DNA of 64,000 nt. It comes from a virus. The notes below the pieces were generated by a model that was given only the letters and a program-made list of their open reading frames with translations, did no database searches and had not been told where the DNA came from. Each line of letters starts with the position of its first letter. Position 1 is the first letter of the stretch. Location: IMG/VR virus record IMGVR_UViG_3300016471_000517, positions 32,001-96,000 of that record. One strand, written 5' to 3'. This document shows positions 1-8,976 of the stretch, one piece after another. The translations under genes were made by a program, and so were the position numbers.

Positions 1-110
1 CTATCAAAAAATCGCCGCTTAAAGCGATTTTTTGAGGATGGGGGATATTATTATTCCGGATAGTAGCCCAGGACAACTTATAGGACCTGAAAAAAGATTT
101 CTGTCTTTGG

Positions 111-139
111 TTGACTCGGACCAAACCTTGTGGTAAGAT
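111..139 (+). promoter_or_regulatory. sigma70-type early promoter, leaderless
   Basis: TTGACT-17bp-TAAGAT with TG extension; ATG at 146 is 7 nt after the -10. Confidence 0.8.
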
Positions 140-145
140 TGGGGC

Positions 146-1402
146 ATGAACAGCAACATCGACATTCGCAAGCGCAACTTCCTCAACGCCCTCTGCATCA
201 TGTACGGAACGCCCACCTGCGTCGGTGACGCCATCTACACCCGTGACCAATGCCTTGAGGCTCTTCGCCGCTGCCATGATGGGGGATTGCAGACCTATAC
301 CGTCCTCCCGGCTTGGCTGACGCAGGACCAGTCCCGCCGCCAAGGCCGTGGAGTCTACTCCATTCATGAGATGGTCAACGTGGAGATCGAAGAGGACAAG
401 AATCTTTCAGAAACTTTCGACTCAAACTTGACCGCACCCGAAACTTGTGATACAATGGAACCCATGAACAGCAACGCCTACAACCTCGTCATGCCCGCCA
501 ACGATGTTTCCCTCGTCCCCGTCAAGAACGACACTTTCGTGCCGTGGGGTCACTACGAGGACATCAACTCCATCCTCGCATCCAAGCAGTTCGCTCCGGT
601 CTACATCACCGGACTGTCCGGCAACGGCAAGACCACGATGATCGAACAGGTCTGCGCCAACACCGGGCGCGAGTGCATTCGTGTCAACATCACCGCCGAA
701 ACGGATGAGGATGACCTCATCGGTGGCTTCCGCCTCATCAATGGCGAAACGAAGTTCGTGTTCGGTGGCGTGGTGCAGGCCATGCAGCGTGGGGCCATTC
801 TGCTCCTTGACGAGATTGACCTCGGAACGGAGCGCATGATGTGCCTTCAGCCCGTGCTTGAGGGCAAGGGCATCTACATCAAGAAGATCGGCGCGTTCGT
901 CAAGCCCGCTCCCGGCTTCAATGTGGTGGCCACGGCCAACACGAAGGGCAAGGGTGAGTCTGATCGGTTCGTCGGGACTCGCTGCATGAACGAGGCTTTC
1001 CTTGACCGTTTCTCGTACTGGTTTGAGCAGGAGTACGCGGACAAGGCCATCGAAGCCCGCATCATCATTCGCAAGATGAAGGCTTACGGCAAGGAGGACA
1101 AGGACTTCGCCGGATACCTCGTCAAGTGGGCAGAAACGATCCGCTTGGGCTTCAAGGAGGGTGGCTTGGATGACATCATCACGACCCGCCGACTGGAGGA
1201 AGTCTGCAAGGCGTTCGCCATCTTCGGCAACAAGGAGAAGGCCATCCGTCTGACGCTCACGCGGTTCGACGCTGCAACGCAGGAGGCTTTCTTCAACCTC
1301 TACACCAAGATCGACCCCACCATTCTTCCCACCCCGGAGGGGATGAAGGACGAATCTTCATCCGCCAATCACAACACGCCTGCTAACGCAGTTCACGCCT
1401 AA
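146..1402 (+). CDS. cobS: CobS-like MoxR AAA+ ATPase with small N-terminal domain
   Basis: Walker A GLSGNGKT, Walker B LLLDEID, TANTKG, NEAFLDRF; vWA partner downstream. Confidence 0.85.
   Translation: MNSNIDIRKRNFLNALCIMYGTPTCVGDAIYTRDQCLEALRRCHDGGLQTYTVLPAWLTQDQSRRQGRGVYSIHEMVNVEIEEDKNLSETFDSNLTAPETCDTMEPMNSNAYNLVMPANDVSLVPVKNDTFVPWGHYEDINSILASKQFAPVYITGLSGNGKTTMIEQVCANTGRECIRVNITAETDEDDLIGGFRLINGETKFVFGGVVQAMQRGAILLLDEIDLGTERMMCLQPVLEGKGIYIKKIGAFVKPAPGFNVVATANTKGKGESDRFVGTRCMNEAFLDRFSYWFEQEYADKAIEARIIIRKMKAYGKEDKDFAGYLVKWAETIRLGFKEGGLDDIITTRRLEEVCKAFAIFGNKEKAIRLTLTRFDAATQEAFFNLYTKIDPTILPTPEGMKDESSSANHNTPANAVHA
428..456 (+). promoter_or_regulatory. internal sigma70-type promoter within cobS
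   Basis: TTGACC-17bp-TACAAT, in-frame ATG at 464. Confidence 0.65.
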
Positions 1403-1420
1403 CAAAGAAAGAGAAAAAAA

Positions 1421-1651
1421 ATGCCATACCTCAACAAGCGCAATCGTTTCGTCGCAGCCGCCAAGAACTACGCGGAGAACAGTCCGCTCCTTCAGGGCGA
1501 CTTCAGCAAGTTCACCAAGCACGATCTTCTTCAGATCGCGCAGAGCATCAACATGAAGGGTGTTCCGACTTGGGTGCTGAAGGAGTACCGTAGCGCGGTG
1601 AGTCAGAGGGCTTACGATCTGTCCTCACTCATCAACCCCGTGACCGTCTGA
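1421..1651 (+). CDS. small protein resembling the N-terminal domain of the CobS-like protein
   Basis: 76 aa ORF; KRNRF...FTK...PTW...R.Y pattern parallels KRNF...YTR...PAW...RGVY. Confidence 0.7.
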   Translation: MPYLNKRNRFVAAAKNYAENSPLLQGDFSKFTKHDLLQIAQSINMKGVPTWVLKEYRSAVSQRAYDLSSLINPVTV

Positions 1652-1660
1652 TGCTGTTCA

Positions 1661-1690
1661 TGCCCCGGCCCCCACAAGGGGGCCGGGGCA
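1661..1690 (+). terminator. GC-rich hairpin after early operon
   Basis: TGCCCCGGCCCCC-ACAA-GGGGGCCGGGGCA perfect stem; no U-tract. Confidence 0.6.
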
Positions 1691-1700
1691 GCAGGTGTCG

Positions 1701-1778
1701 GACTACTATCCGAGGCCCCGCTAAAGGGCCGAGGACTCGCAGAACTTTATTATTTTTGGATGGTGCCGGATAGTAGTC
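1701..1778. repeat. intergenic inverted-repeat element (copies at 1-69, 1701-1778, 4137-4209)
   Basis: GACTACTATCCG ... CGGATAGTAGTC arms about 55 bp apart. Confidence 0.75.
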
Positions 1779-1831
1779 CCCCCCGGACCAGCTCGAACGT
1801 TACCGGACGCAAAAAAGATTTTCCATTGCGC

Positions 1832-1860
1832 TTGACCTGACCCCGAACTTGTGGTAAGAT
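1832..1860 (+). promoter_or_regulatory. sigma70-type early promoter, leaderless
   Basis: TTGACC-17bp-TAAGAT; ATG at 1867; near copy of the promoter at 111. Confidence 0.8.
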
Positions 1861-1866
1861 TACAGC

Positions 1867-4071
1867 ATGAACACCTCTCTCTCCATCTTCGCCCGCGCTC
1901 TCGCCACCGAAAACCTTTCTTTCTCCTTTGACGCGGAGGCTCCCACGGCATCGTTCGATGTCAAGACCCGCCACCTCGTCATGCCCGTGTGGAATGTCTC
2001 CGACACCCTTCAGACCATGCTCGTGGCTCACGAGATCAGCCATGCCCTGTGGACTCCCTACGAGCGTAGCGAGGAGTTGATGAAGCAGGCGGAGGCTGAT
2101 GGGTTCGTCGCCAAGTTGCTGCACCGCATCTGCAATGTCATCGAAGATGTCCGCATCGAGAAGATGATGAAGGCGAAGTACCCCGGTACTCGTCGGGACT
2201 TCTTCTTGGGCTACAAGGAGGTCGTGGACAGCGACCTGTTCAAGTTCAGCGAGATGGACATTGCGAAGGTCGGACTCATCAACCGCATGAACATTCACTT
2301 CAAGTGGGGCATTCCCGGCTTTCTGAATGTGAATCTTTCTGACGAGGAGCAGGGCATTGCGGACCTGATCGACGCGGTGCAGACCTTTGACGAGGCTTTC
2401 CAGTTGGCGAAGGCTCTCTACAAGCATCCGTCGATGGACGAGATGCGGAAGAAGTACGAGGAGCAGCAGCAGAATGGTTCCGGCAAGGGCGATCCTTCCG
2501 ATGCCAAGCGTGGCAAGGAGCAGACCGAAGGGCTTGGCATGATCGACATGGAGGGTGGGTTCGTTCGCAAGACGGGTGAAACTTTCACCGCGACCACGCT
2601 CACCATTTCTCCGATTCAGAATGTTTCGGATCAGATCATCACGACCGACGATCTTCTTTCGGAGTTTGAGCAGCAGTCTCACCTCCCGCTCACCATCACC
2701 TCCTACCGGGAGTTCGTGAAGGATTCCGATTCCTTCGTTCGCCAGTTGGTTGCCCAGTTTGAGCGTCGCAAGGCGGCTGACGAGATCCGGCGTGAGCGTC
2801 CCAAGCAGACCGGGATGCTCAACCTTGACCGCCTGCACCAGTACCGGACGCATGACGATATCTTCCTGTCGAAGATCATCAAGCAGGACGGCAAGAACCA
2901 CGGGATCTGCTTCTTCCTTGATTGCAGCGGTTCGATGGGGAACACCATTTCGGATTGCTTCCTTCAGATTCTTCAGTTGGTTTGGTTCTGCGAGAAGGCG
3001 AAGATTCCCTTTGAGGTGTTTGGTTTCACCGAAATGGGCATGATGGGCGAGCGTGGCAGGATTGATTCGGAGACTCTCCGCGCAATGATTGCGAAGGGCG
3101 ACAACAGCCCCTACCAGTCGCAATACGCTCCCAAGTTTGTGAATCTTCGTCCGAACAGCCTGATGTACGGTGGGTGCAAGTTGATTCAGTTGGCATCCTC
3201 GTCGGACGATGCGGCCAAGCGTGAACGGCTCCTCGCCTTTCTCTACGAGGCCATTGTCATGAAGGTGCGGAATCGCGTGTTCTCGCTTGGTTCGACTCCG
3301 ACCGTGGAGGCCATGATGATCGGAAGCCAGTTCATGCAGAAGTGGGTGGCCGACAAAAAGATTCAGATTCCGACCGTCATGGTCGTTACGGACGGTCAGC
3401 CCAACGGAGTCTACTTCCAGTCCGAACACATGAGAAGTGGGGGGGATAGCGTTCCCTACACCGCGATTGGTGGGACTTCCCTCACCGTGAACAACGAGAT
3501 TCTTCAGCAGGTCACTCGCGTCGATACGGTGGCCAACCGTGGAATGTCGATGGGCAATGTCGTGGTGTCGGTCATCCTTGAGGATCTTCGCAAGACTCTG
3601 AACGCCCGCACCGTGGGAATGTTCGTGGGTAGCAAGACTTTCAGCGCGAATATGTTCTGCTCGTTCTGCGTCACGACCGACGAATCGGAGAAGATTCATG
3701 AGGAGGAGCAGGAGCAGTATCGCAAGGGCAACTACAACTCTAGTGGTTCCTACGAGTGCAGCCCCCGGTTCATTGCGATCAAGGAAGTCTACAATCGGGA
3801 AGGGTGCATCATTCTGCCGAAGTCTCTGTACCCCGGCTATGACGGCTTCTTCCTCATCAAGACTCCCAAGATCGTCAAGGACGAGGATGCCATCGTGGAC
3901 TCCGGTACTTTCACGCGAGTGAAGAACACCTTTGTCAAGACGATGGGGCAGCGTGGATCTAGCCGTGTGTTCCTCACCCGGTATGTGGACATCGTGGCGG
4001 GTCAGCCTCTCAAGGCCGTGGGCGAGGAGGTCTACCGCCTCTCTGCCAACCCTGCCAAGAAAGATAAGTAA
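1867..4071 (+). CDS. CobT-like vWA protein with N-terminal HExxH domain (MoxR partner)
   Basis: AHEISH, NVIEDVRIE, MIDAS DCSGSM, VVTDG; adjacent to cobS. Confidence 0.85.
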   Translation: MNTSLSIFARALATENLSFSFDAEAPTASFDVKTRHLVMPVWNVSDTLQTMLVAHEISHALWTPYERSEELMKQAEADGFVAKLLHRICNVIEDVRIEKMMKAKYPGTRRDFFLGYKEVVDSDLFKFSEMDIAKVGLINRMNIHFKWGIPGFLNVNLSDEEQGIADLIDAVQTFDEAFQLAKALYKHPSMDEMRKKYEEQQQNGSGKGDPSDAKRGKEQTEGLGMIDMEGGFVRKTGETFTATTLTISPIQNVSDQIITTDDLLSEFEQQSHLPLTITSYREFVKDSDSFVRQLVAQFERRKAADEIRRERPKQTGMLNLDRLHQYRTHDDIFLSKIIKQDGKNHGICFFLDCSGSMGNTISDCFLQILQLVWFCEKAKIPFEVFGFTEMGMMGERGRIDSETLRAMIAKGDNSPYQSQYAPKFVNLRPNSLMYGGCKLIQLASSSDDAAKRERLLAFLYEAIVMKVRNRVFSLGSTPTVEAMMIGSQFMQKWVADKKIQIPTVMVVTDGQPNGVYFQSEHMRSGGDSVPYTAIGGTSLTVNNEILQQVTRVDTVANRGMSMGNVVVSVILEDLRKTLNARTVGMFVGSKTFSANMFCSFCVTTDESEKIHEEEQEQYRKGNYNSSGSYECSPRFIAIKEVYNREGCIILPKSLYPGYDGFFLIKTPKIVKDEDAIVDSGTFTRVKNTFVKTMGQRGSSRVFLTRYVDIVAGQPLKAVGEEVYRLSANPAKKDK

Positions 4072-4092
4072 ATCTTTCCAAACATCTTCATG

Positions 4093-4132
4093 CCCACCCA
4101 GGACTGGAAGGAGAGAGCCAGTTCTGGGTGGG
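4093..4132 (+). terminator. hairpin after vWA gene
   Basis: CCCACCCAGGACTGG ... CCAGTTCTGGGTGGG followed by TTCTT. Confidence 0.55.
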
Positions 4133-4276
4133 TTCTTACTACTATCAAAAAACCTTAAGGTTTTTTGAGTTTTCTTGCATTACTTGCGGACATGGCGGAT
4201 AGTAGTCCCGGACAACCTCTGCCAGGTACGGGATTGTTTCCAGCTTTCCAAATAATTTATTAATTCTCGGACGGAC

Positions 4277-4840
4277 TTATCGGACTCCAGGTGCACGCCT
4301 GGGACCCATTATCGGACTTGTACTTAGTTACTTGACATCCCCCATATCTGGTGTATAGTTATCAGACTGTTCATGCGACCGATAACCCCCTCGTCCCGAC
4401 CTGTGACTGATAATCGTAAGTATTATCGGGCAGGGGGTTATCGGACGTTATGGTGGGTCCTAGTTATCGGACTATGCGTTATCGGTCTCTACTGGGGAGT
4501 TATCAGACTCACCCAGACGGTTTCAAATTTTTCTGAAAAACTTCCCGGACAGGATTCAAAGATTTCTGAAAATATTGAAAACTACTATCCGGGGGTTCTG
4601 GGACTGTATCGAATGTCCCTTATGGGACCTGGACGGGACTGAGATCCCCCCTTGCCTGGACGGGATGTAGCTTTCTGGACAGGATTGACGAGAAATTTAA
4701 TATAATTGCTTGTTTTACCTGTCCTGGCTGGACGGGTTACAAAAAATTGTCAAAAATTTGTAAATTTCTTTGAAAATTTGTCAAATTAATGCTTGACAGG
4801 CTATAAAGCCTTATAAGGCTTTGTTGTTTTGGACGGGCTG
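4277..4840. repeat. iteron-like repeat region, candidate replication origin
   Basis: about 10 TTATCRG(AC) copies at 4277-4508, about 6 GGACRGG copies at 4546-4840, AT-rich tract 4741-4790. Confidence 0.6.
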
Positions 4841-4996
4841 GGACCCTAGGAAGGCTTTCGGACCGTTTATAGAGCATTTAAAGTGGGTTGGAGAGGGTTT
4901 GAGGTGGGGTGTCTAACTCCAATTTTCTCAAATTTTCTTAAATATTCTTTACCCCACTTGCTCCCATTCTCCCCCACCTTTACCCCCCATACATTC

Positions 4997-5386
4997 TTAT
5001 CCGTAGGTAGGTTGTGCTGGAGGAATCGGAGAAGGCTGTGATTGTTGTCTTTCCCACATTCTTTTATGTTTTTCAAGTAAATTTTTATACCATTGGTATA
5101 ATTGTTCTTCAGACCAGTTCAAATGATCAAATGCACCTCTTTTATATTGTTCTATAAACCAATTTTCCAAAAATCTATAATAATCTTCCCATGTGTCATA
5201 CACGACTGGGGGTGGGGTTGGTGTTGACAGCCTTTGCTTAAGTGCAGGTTGTAGGGTTGTTGGTTGATTGGGTTTGTATATTGGTGCTGGTCCACCGCCC
5301 GGTGGGTTTTCCTTCTCACCAACTACCGCTGTTGAAGTAGATGCCTTTGCATCCTCTTCTCTTAAAAATTCCTTAAATTTTTTCAT
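4997..5386 (-). CDS. putative internal head protein
   Basis: N-terminus MKKFKEFLREE resembles T4 capsid targeting sequence. Confidence 0.7.
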   Translation of the reverse strand: MKKFKEFLREEDAKASTSTAVVGEKENPPGGGPAPIYKPNQPTTLQPALKQRLSTPTPPPVVYDTWEDYYRFLENWFIEQYKRGAFDHLNWSEEQLYQWYKNLLEKHKRMWERQQSQPSPIPPAQPTYG

Positions 5387-5390
5387 AGAC

Positions 5391-6164
5391 TTATGCCTCG
5401 TAAGTTCCAGGATTCACTTGTTGACCGGGTGTTGTGGATTGGCCAGGAAAATATCTGTACCACCAAGGAAGATACGGACTAACATTGTCGTCACGTTGAT
5501 ATGGACCGGGAGTTGGTGCGCCGGGTCGTAGAAAGTCAGGATTAAATGGATTTATACCTTCCCATGTGTTTGGGTTTTGTAAATCAAAATTATAACGAGG
5601 ATCATCTGCTCCACCAAAAGGTGTGCCGGGTGTACCGGGAGTTGGTGGGCCGGGATTCACGTAGTCATCAAAGAGGTCATTAAATCTGTCATACAAATCA
5701 CGCATTCTTTGCGTAAAAGTGTTTACTTGTTCGGGAGTGGCATTTGGATATGTTCGCATAAACCATTGTTGTAATTGAAGGTAAAGTGTCATTGTAAAGC
5801 GTGTATAAACATCCATTCCCCCGCCTGCTCCCGTTGTTGTAACTCCAAAAGTTGTCTCTAACCATTGTATGAATGCGTCCCACGATAAAAGTCCCAACAT
5901 ATCTATTTTTTGTTTAAATCTGTCATACAAATCCTCAATTCTATCATCAACTTCCTCCCAGTCGATTGGCTCGGGTGGTTTATGTGGGTTTTCTGGTTTT
6001 TCTTCTGTTTGAGGTTTGTATGGCCAACCACCCGGAAGTGTGGGTGTGGTTCCAAGTGGACTTCCACCCCCATAGAAAACAGGTGCTGACTGTGCTTTTG
6101 AGGAGCCAGCATCACCGGGTGTAGCGGTCATCTCTTCTCTTAAAAATTCTTTGAAACTTTTCAA
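5391..6164 (-). CDS. putative internal head protein (TTG start)
   Basis: (M)KSFKEFLREE; TTG overlaps upstream TGA; Pro/Gly-rich. Confidence 0.7.
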   Translation of the reverse strand: MKSFKEFLREEMTATPGDAGSSKAQSAPVFYGGGSPLGTTPTLPGGWPYKPQTEEKPENPHKPPEPIDWEEVDDRIEDLYDRFKQKIDMLGLLSWDAFIQWLETTFGVTTTGAGGGMDVYTRFTMTLYLQLQQWFMRTYPNATPEQVNTFTQRMRDLYDRFNDLFDDYVNPGPPTPGTPGTPFGGADDPRYNFDLQNPNTWEGINPFNPDFLRPGAPTPGPYQRDDNVSPYLPWWYRYFPGQSTTPGQQVNPGTYEA

Positions 6165-6634
6165 TTTACTCTCTCCCACGTTACATTTCCAAATTGGTCT
6201 TGTTGAACTTGCCAAACCTGACCATTATCATCTATGTAAATATCACCAACCTGTGCGGGTGGTTGAGCAAAAATTGTAACTACTCCATCTGAACCTCTAA
6301 CTCTTTTACCCGGAATTCTTGCAGGATATGTGTAGACATTTCCAAATGGAAAATTGAGTTGTTGGTATGTATCCCATATTTTTTTCAATTCAAGATATTT
6401 CTTGTATCTTTGGGCATATTGCTCTTCACTCTCTCCGGGTTGTCTTTTTGGTGGTTCGCCCGGATCTGTTGGCGCACCATATCCTGGTTGGGCTGTTGGT
6501 TTTCTGTATGCGGGTTTTTGTGAAGGAGGTGCAGAATAAACCATGGCCGAACCCATTGTTTTTTCTTGTGTTCCTTTGTCAGTTCCTTTAGAAACTTCAA
6601 TTTCTTCTTTGAGATAATCTTTAAAACTTTTCAT
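6161..6634 (-). CDS. putative internal head protein
   Basis: MKSFKDYLKEE; CTAAATA late promoter just upstream. Confidence 0.7.
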   Translation of the reverse strand: MKSFKDYLKEEIEVSKGTDKGTQEKTMGSAMVYSAPPSQKPAYRKPTAQPGYGAPTDPGEPPKRQPGESEEQYAQRYKKYLELKKIWDTYQQLNFPFGNVYTYPARIPGKRVRGSDGVVTIFAQPPAQVGDIYIDDNGQVWQVQQDQFGNVTWERVN

Positions 6635-6680
6635 ATAGGTATTTAGTTGACTTTTGTCCTTTGGGGTGTATACTATGTCC

Positions 6681-7052
6681 ATGAAACCCGACATTGAGCG
6701 TCTACGGCGTGAGGTTCGCTATCTGCGTAATTGCATCGCAGAGGCGTTCAATGCCCTCCCCACTCTTCCCGGCACGTCGTTGGATAACTGGTGGGTGTTC
6801 AGTCCAATCTGCCGTGCCATTCGTCCCTACAAGGAAATCTATGACGAAGAGTTTGAACCCAAGGCTGTTGTCCGAAAGCGTAAAAAAGTTTCTCAATATT
6901 TGACCGCAGAGATTCTTCCCGGCGAACAGACTGGAGAAAGAAAGCGTCTGCGAGTGGATGAACTTCCACCTCTGCCTGAAGAAACCCCTAGAGTGGGTAA
7001 GCAGGCCACGAAGGTGATGAATAGTTTGGGTATTGGGATTCATATTGATTGA
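6681..7052 (+). CDS. hypothetical early protein
   Basis: ATG 7 nt after TTGACT-16-TATACT promoter (6647-6674). Confidence 0.7.
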   Translation: MKPDIERLRREVRYLRNCIAEAFNALPTLPGTSLDNWWVFSPICRAIRPYKEIYDEEFEPKAVVRKRKKVSQYLTAEILPGEQTGERKRLRVDELPPLPEETPRVGKQATKVMNSLGIGIHID

Positions 7053-7077
7053 CAACCAACCCAAGAGAGTGTATACT
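7049..7077 (+). promoter_or_regulatory. sigma70-type promoter driving the HEAT-repeat operon
   Basis: TTGACA-17bp-TATACT; ATG at 7084. Confidence 0.8.
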
Positions 7078-7083
7078 ATGAAC

Positions 7084-7314
7084 ATGAACAGCGACGACAT
7101 TCATGAACTGAAGGCAGAGATCGCCCGTCTGAACGCAAAGATTGAAGTCATGCGGGGGGTTCTGTGGGAGTGGAACTGCTCCTCCGGTCCTGTGTGGGAG
7201 TATTACAGACTCAAGCAGGTGGGAGAGAAACAAGAAGATTACGCCTTCCTAGACGAAGATTACGAAGTAGATATGCCCCTCTTTGACGATGTTACTAACT
7301 CCTTTGGAGAATAA
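7084..7314 (+). CDS. hypothetical early protein
   Basis: ORF MNSDDIHELK directly after promoter. Confidence 0.7.
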   Translation: MNSDDIHELKAEIARLNAKIEVMRGVLWEWNCSSGPVWEYYRLKQVGEKQEDYAFLDEDYEVDMPLFDDVTNSFGE

Positions 7315-7315
7315 C

Positions 7316-8002
7316 ATGACTACCAAGACTCCTGAAGAACTCCTGAAAGACCTAGACAGCAATGATGTTAATGTCCGCACGGATGCTGCCAGTAATCCAA
7401 GTGCCACTCCTGAAGTCCTCCTGAAGGCTCTGGAGGACGAGCATAAATATGTCCGCTGTGCTGCTGCCGGGAATCCTAATGCCACTCCTGAAATTCTGCG
7501 GAAGGCTCTGGAGGACAAGAATGAATATGTCCGCTCTTGTGCTGCCGAAAATCCCAATGCTACTCCCGAAATGCTGCTGAAGGCTTTGGAGGACAAAGAT
7601 GTCCGCTATGCTGCTACCCAAAATCTCAATGCCACTCCTGAAGTCCTCCTGAAGGCTCTGGAAGACGAGGATTACCATATCCGCTATTATGCTGCCGAAA
7701 ATCCCAATGCTACTCACGAAGTCTTGTTGAAGGCTCTGGAGGACTGGGATTACCGTGTCAGCCTTGCTGCTGCGGGGCATCCCAATGCCACTCCTGAAGT
7801 CCTGCTGAAGGCTCTGAAGGACACGGATTACCGTGTCCGCAAATATGCTGCCGGGAATCCCAATGCTACTCCTGAAATCTTGTTGAAGGCTCTCAGTGAC
7901 AAGGATGAGTTGGTACGCAAATCTGCTCAAGAGAGTTTACAAAAGGATCCCATTCTTCAAATCCAAGTTGCTGCTCTTAGGGCACAATCAACCGAAACGT
8001 AA
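7316..8002 (+). CDS. HEAT/LRV-repeat protein, 7 repeats
   Basis: 26-aa repeats VRxxAAxNPNATPEVLLKALED; GGAGA RBS. Confidence 0.9.
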   Translation: MTTKTPEELLKDLDSNDVNVRTDAASNPSATPEVLLKALEDEHKYVRCAAAGNPNATPEILRKALEDKNEYVRSCAAENPNATPEMLLKALEDKDVRYAATQNLNATPEVLLKALEDEDYHIRYYAAENPNATHEVLLKALEDWDYRVSLAAAGHPNATPEVLLKALKDTDYRVRKYAAGNPNATPEILLKALSDKDELVRKSAQESLQKDPILQIQVAALRAQSTET

Positions 8003-8021
8003 GAAAATTAAGGAAAACAAA

Positions 8022-8402
8022 ATGACTACCAAGACTCCTGAACAACTCCTGAAAGACCTAGACAGTAAGGATGTTAAGATCCGCCGTACTGCTGCGGGGC
8101 ATCCCAATGCCACCCCTGAAGTCCTGCTGAAGACTATGAGGGACGAGCATCACTTTGTCCGCCGTGGTGCTGCCCTGAATCCTAATGCTACTCCTGAAGT
8201 CCTGCTGAAGGCAATGAGGGACAAGAATTACATTGTACGCTGGGGTGCTGCCGTGAATCCCAATGCTACTCCACAAATGCTGATGAAGGCTTTGAAAGAC
8301 AAGTATAGGGTTGTCCGCAGCGCTGCTCAAGAAAGGTTGCAAAATGATCCCATTCTTCAACTCCAAGTCGCTGCTCTCAGGGCACAATCAACCGCCTCTT
8401 AA
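8022..8402 (+). CDS. HEAT/LRV-repeat protein, 3 repeats
   Basis: same repeat, N-cap and C-cap; AAGGA RBS. Confidence 0.9.
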   Translation: MTTKTPEQLLKDLDSKDVKIRRTAAGHPNATPEVLLKTMRDEHHFVRRGAALNPNATPEVLLKAMRDKNYIVRWGAAVNPNATPQMLMKALKDKYRVVRSAAQERLQNDPILQLQVAALRAQSTAS

Positions 8403-8421
8403 CAAAATTCGGGCAAACAAC

Positions 8422-8958
8422 ATGGATACCAAGACTCCAGAACAACTCCTGAAAGACCTAGACAGCAATGATCGCGTTGTCCGCTATTGTGCTGCTGCGA
8501 ATCCTAATGCCACTCCCGAAGTCCTGCTGAAGGCTCTGGAGGATGAAGAGGTGGATGTCCGCTGGGAGGCTGCCGGGAATCCTAATGCCACTCCCGAAAT
8601 TTTGCTTAAGGCAATTGGAGACAAGAATTCGGATGTCCGCTATGCTGCTGCCGGGAATCCCAATGCCACTCCCGAAATTTTGCTTAAGGCAATTGGAGAC
8701 AAGAATTCGGATGTCCGCTATAATGCTGCGGAGAATCCCAACGCCACTTCTGAAGTCCTGCTGAAGGCAATTGGAGACAGGTTTGTTAAGATCCGTGAGG
8801 CTGCTGCGTATCATCCCAATGCCACTCCTGAAGTCTTGTTGAAGGCAATTGGAGACAAGAATTCGGATGTTCGCAGCGCTGCTCAAGAGAGTTTACAAAA
8901 CGATCCCATTCTTCAACTCCAAGTTGCTGCTCTCAAGGCTCAAAAAAACGCCTCTTAA
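8422..8958 (+). CDS. HEAT/LRV-repeat protein, 5 repeats
   Basis: same repeat and caps. Confidence 0.9.
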   Translation: MDTKTPEQLLKDLDSNDRVVRYCAAANPNATPEVLLKALEDEEVDVRWEAAGNPNATPEILLKAIGDKNSDVRYAAAGNPNATPEILLKAIGDKNSDVRYNAAENPNATSEVLLKAIGDRFVKIREAAAYHPNATPEVLLKAIGDKNSDVRSAAQESLQNDPILQLQVAALKAQKNAS

Positions 8959-8976
8959 GAAAATTAAGGAAACAAA

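Noticed and set aside
1750-3699. 649-aa minus-strand ORF
   Set aside because: Antisense shadow of the GC3-rich vWA gene; no motifs, promoter or RBS.
146-4071. Cobalamin biosynthesis role for cobS/cobT-like genes next to a B12-dependent RNR
   Set aside because: No CobN or other cob genes here; motifs fit a generic MoxR/vWA chaperone pair.
4373-4642. 89-aa ORF with hydrophobic stretch
   Set aside because: Its sequence is dictated by the TTATCGG repeats; probably non-coding, though not excluded.
4277-4840. CRISPR array or DnaA boxes
   Set aside because: Repeats are 7-9 bp with irregular spacing and do not match TTATCCACA; no cas genes.
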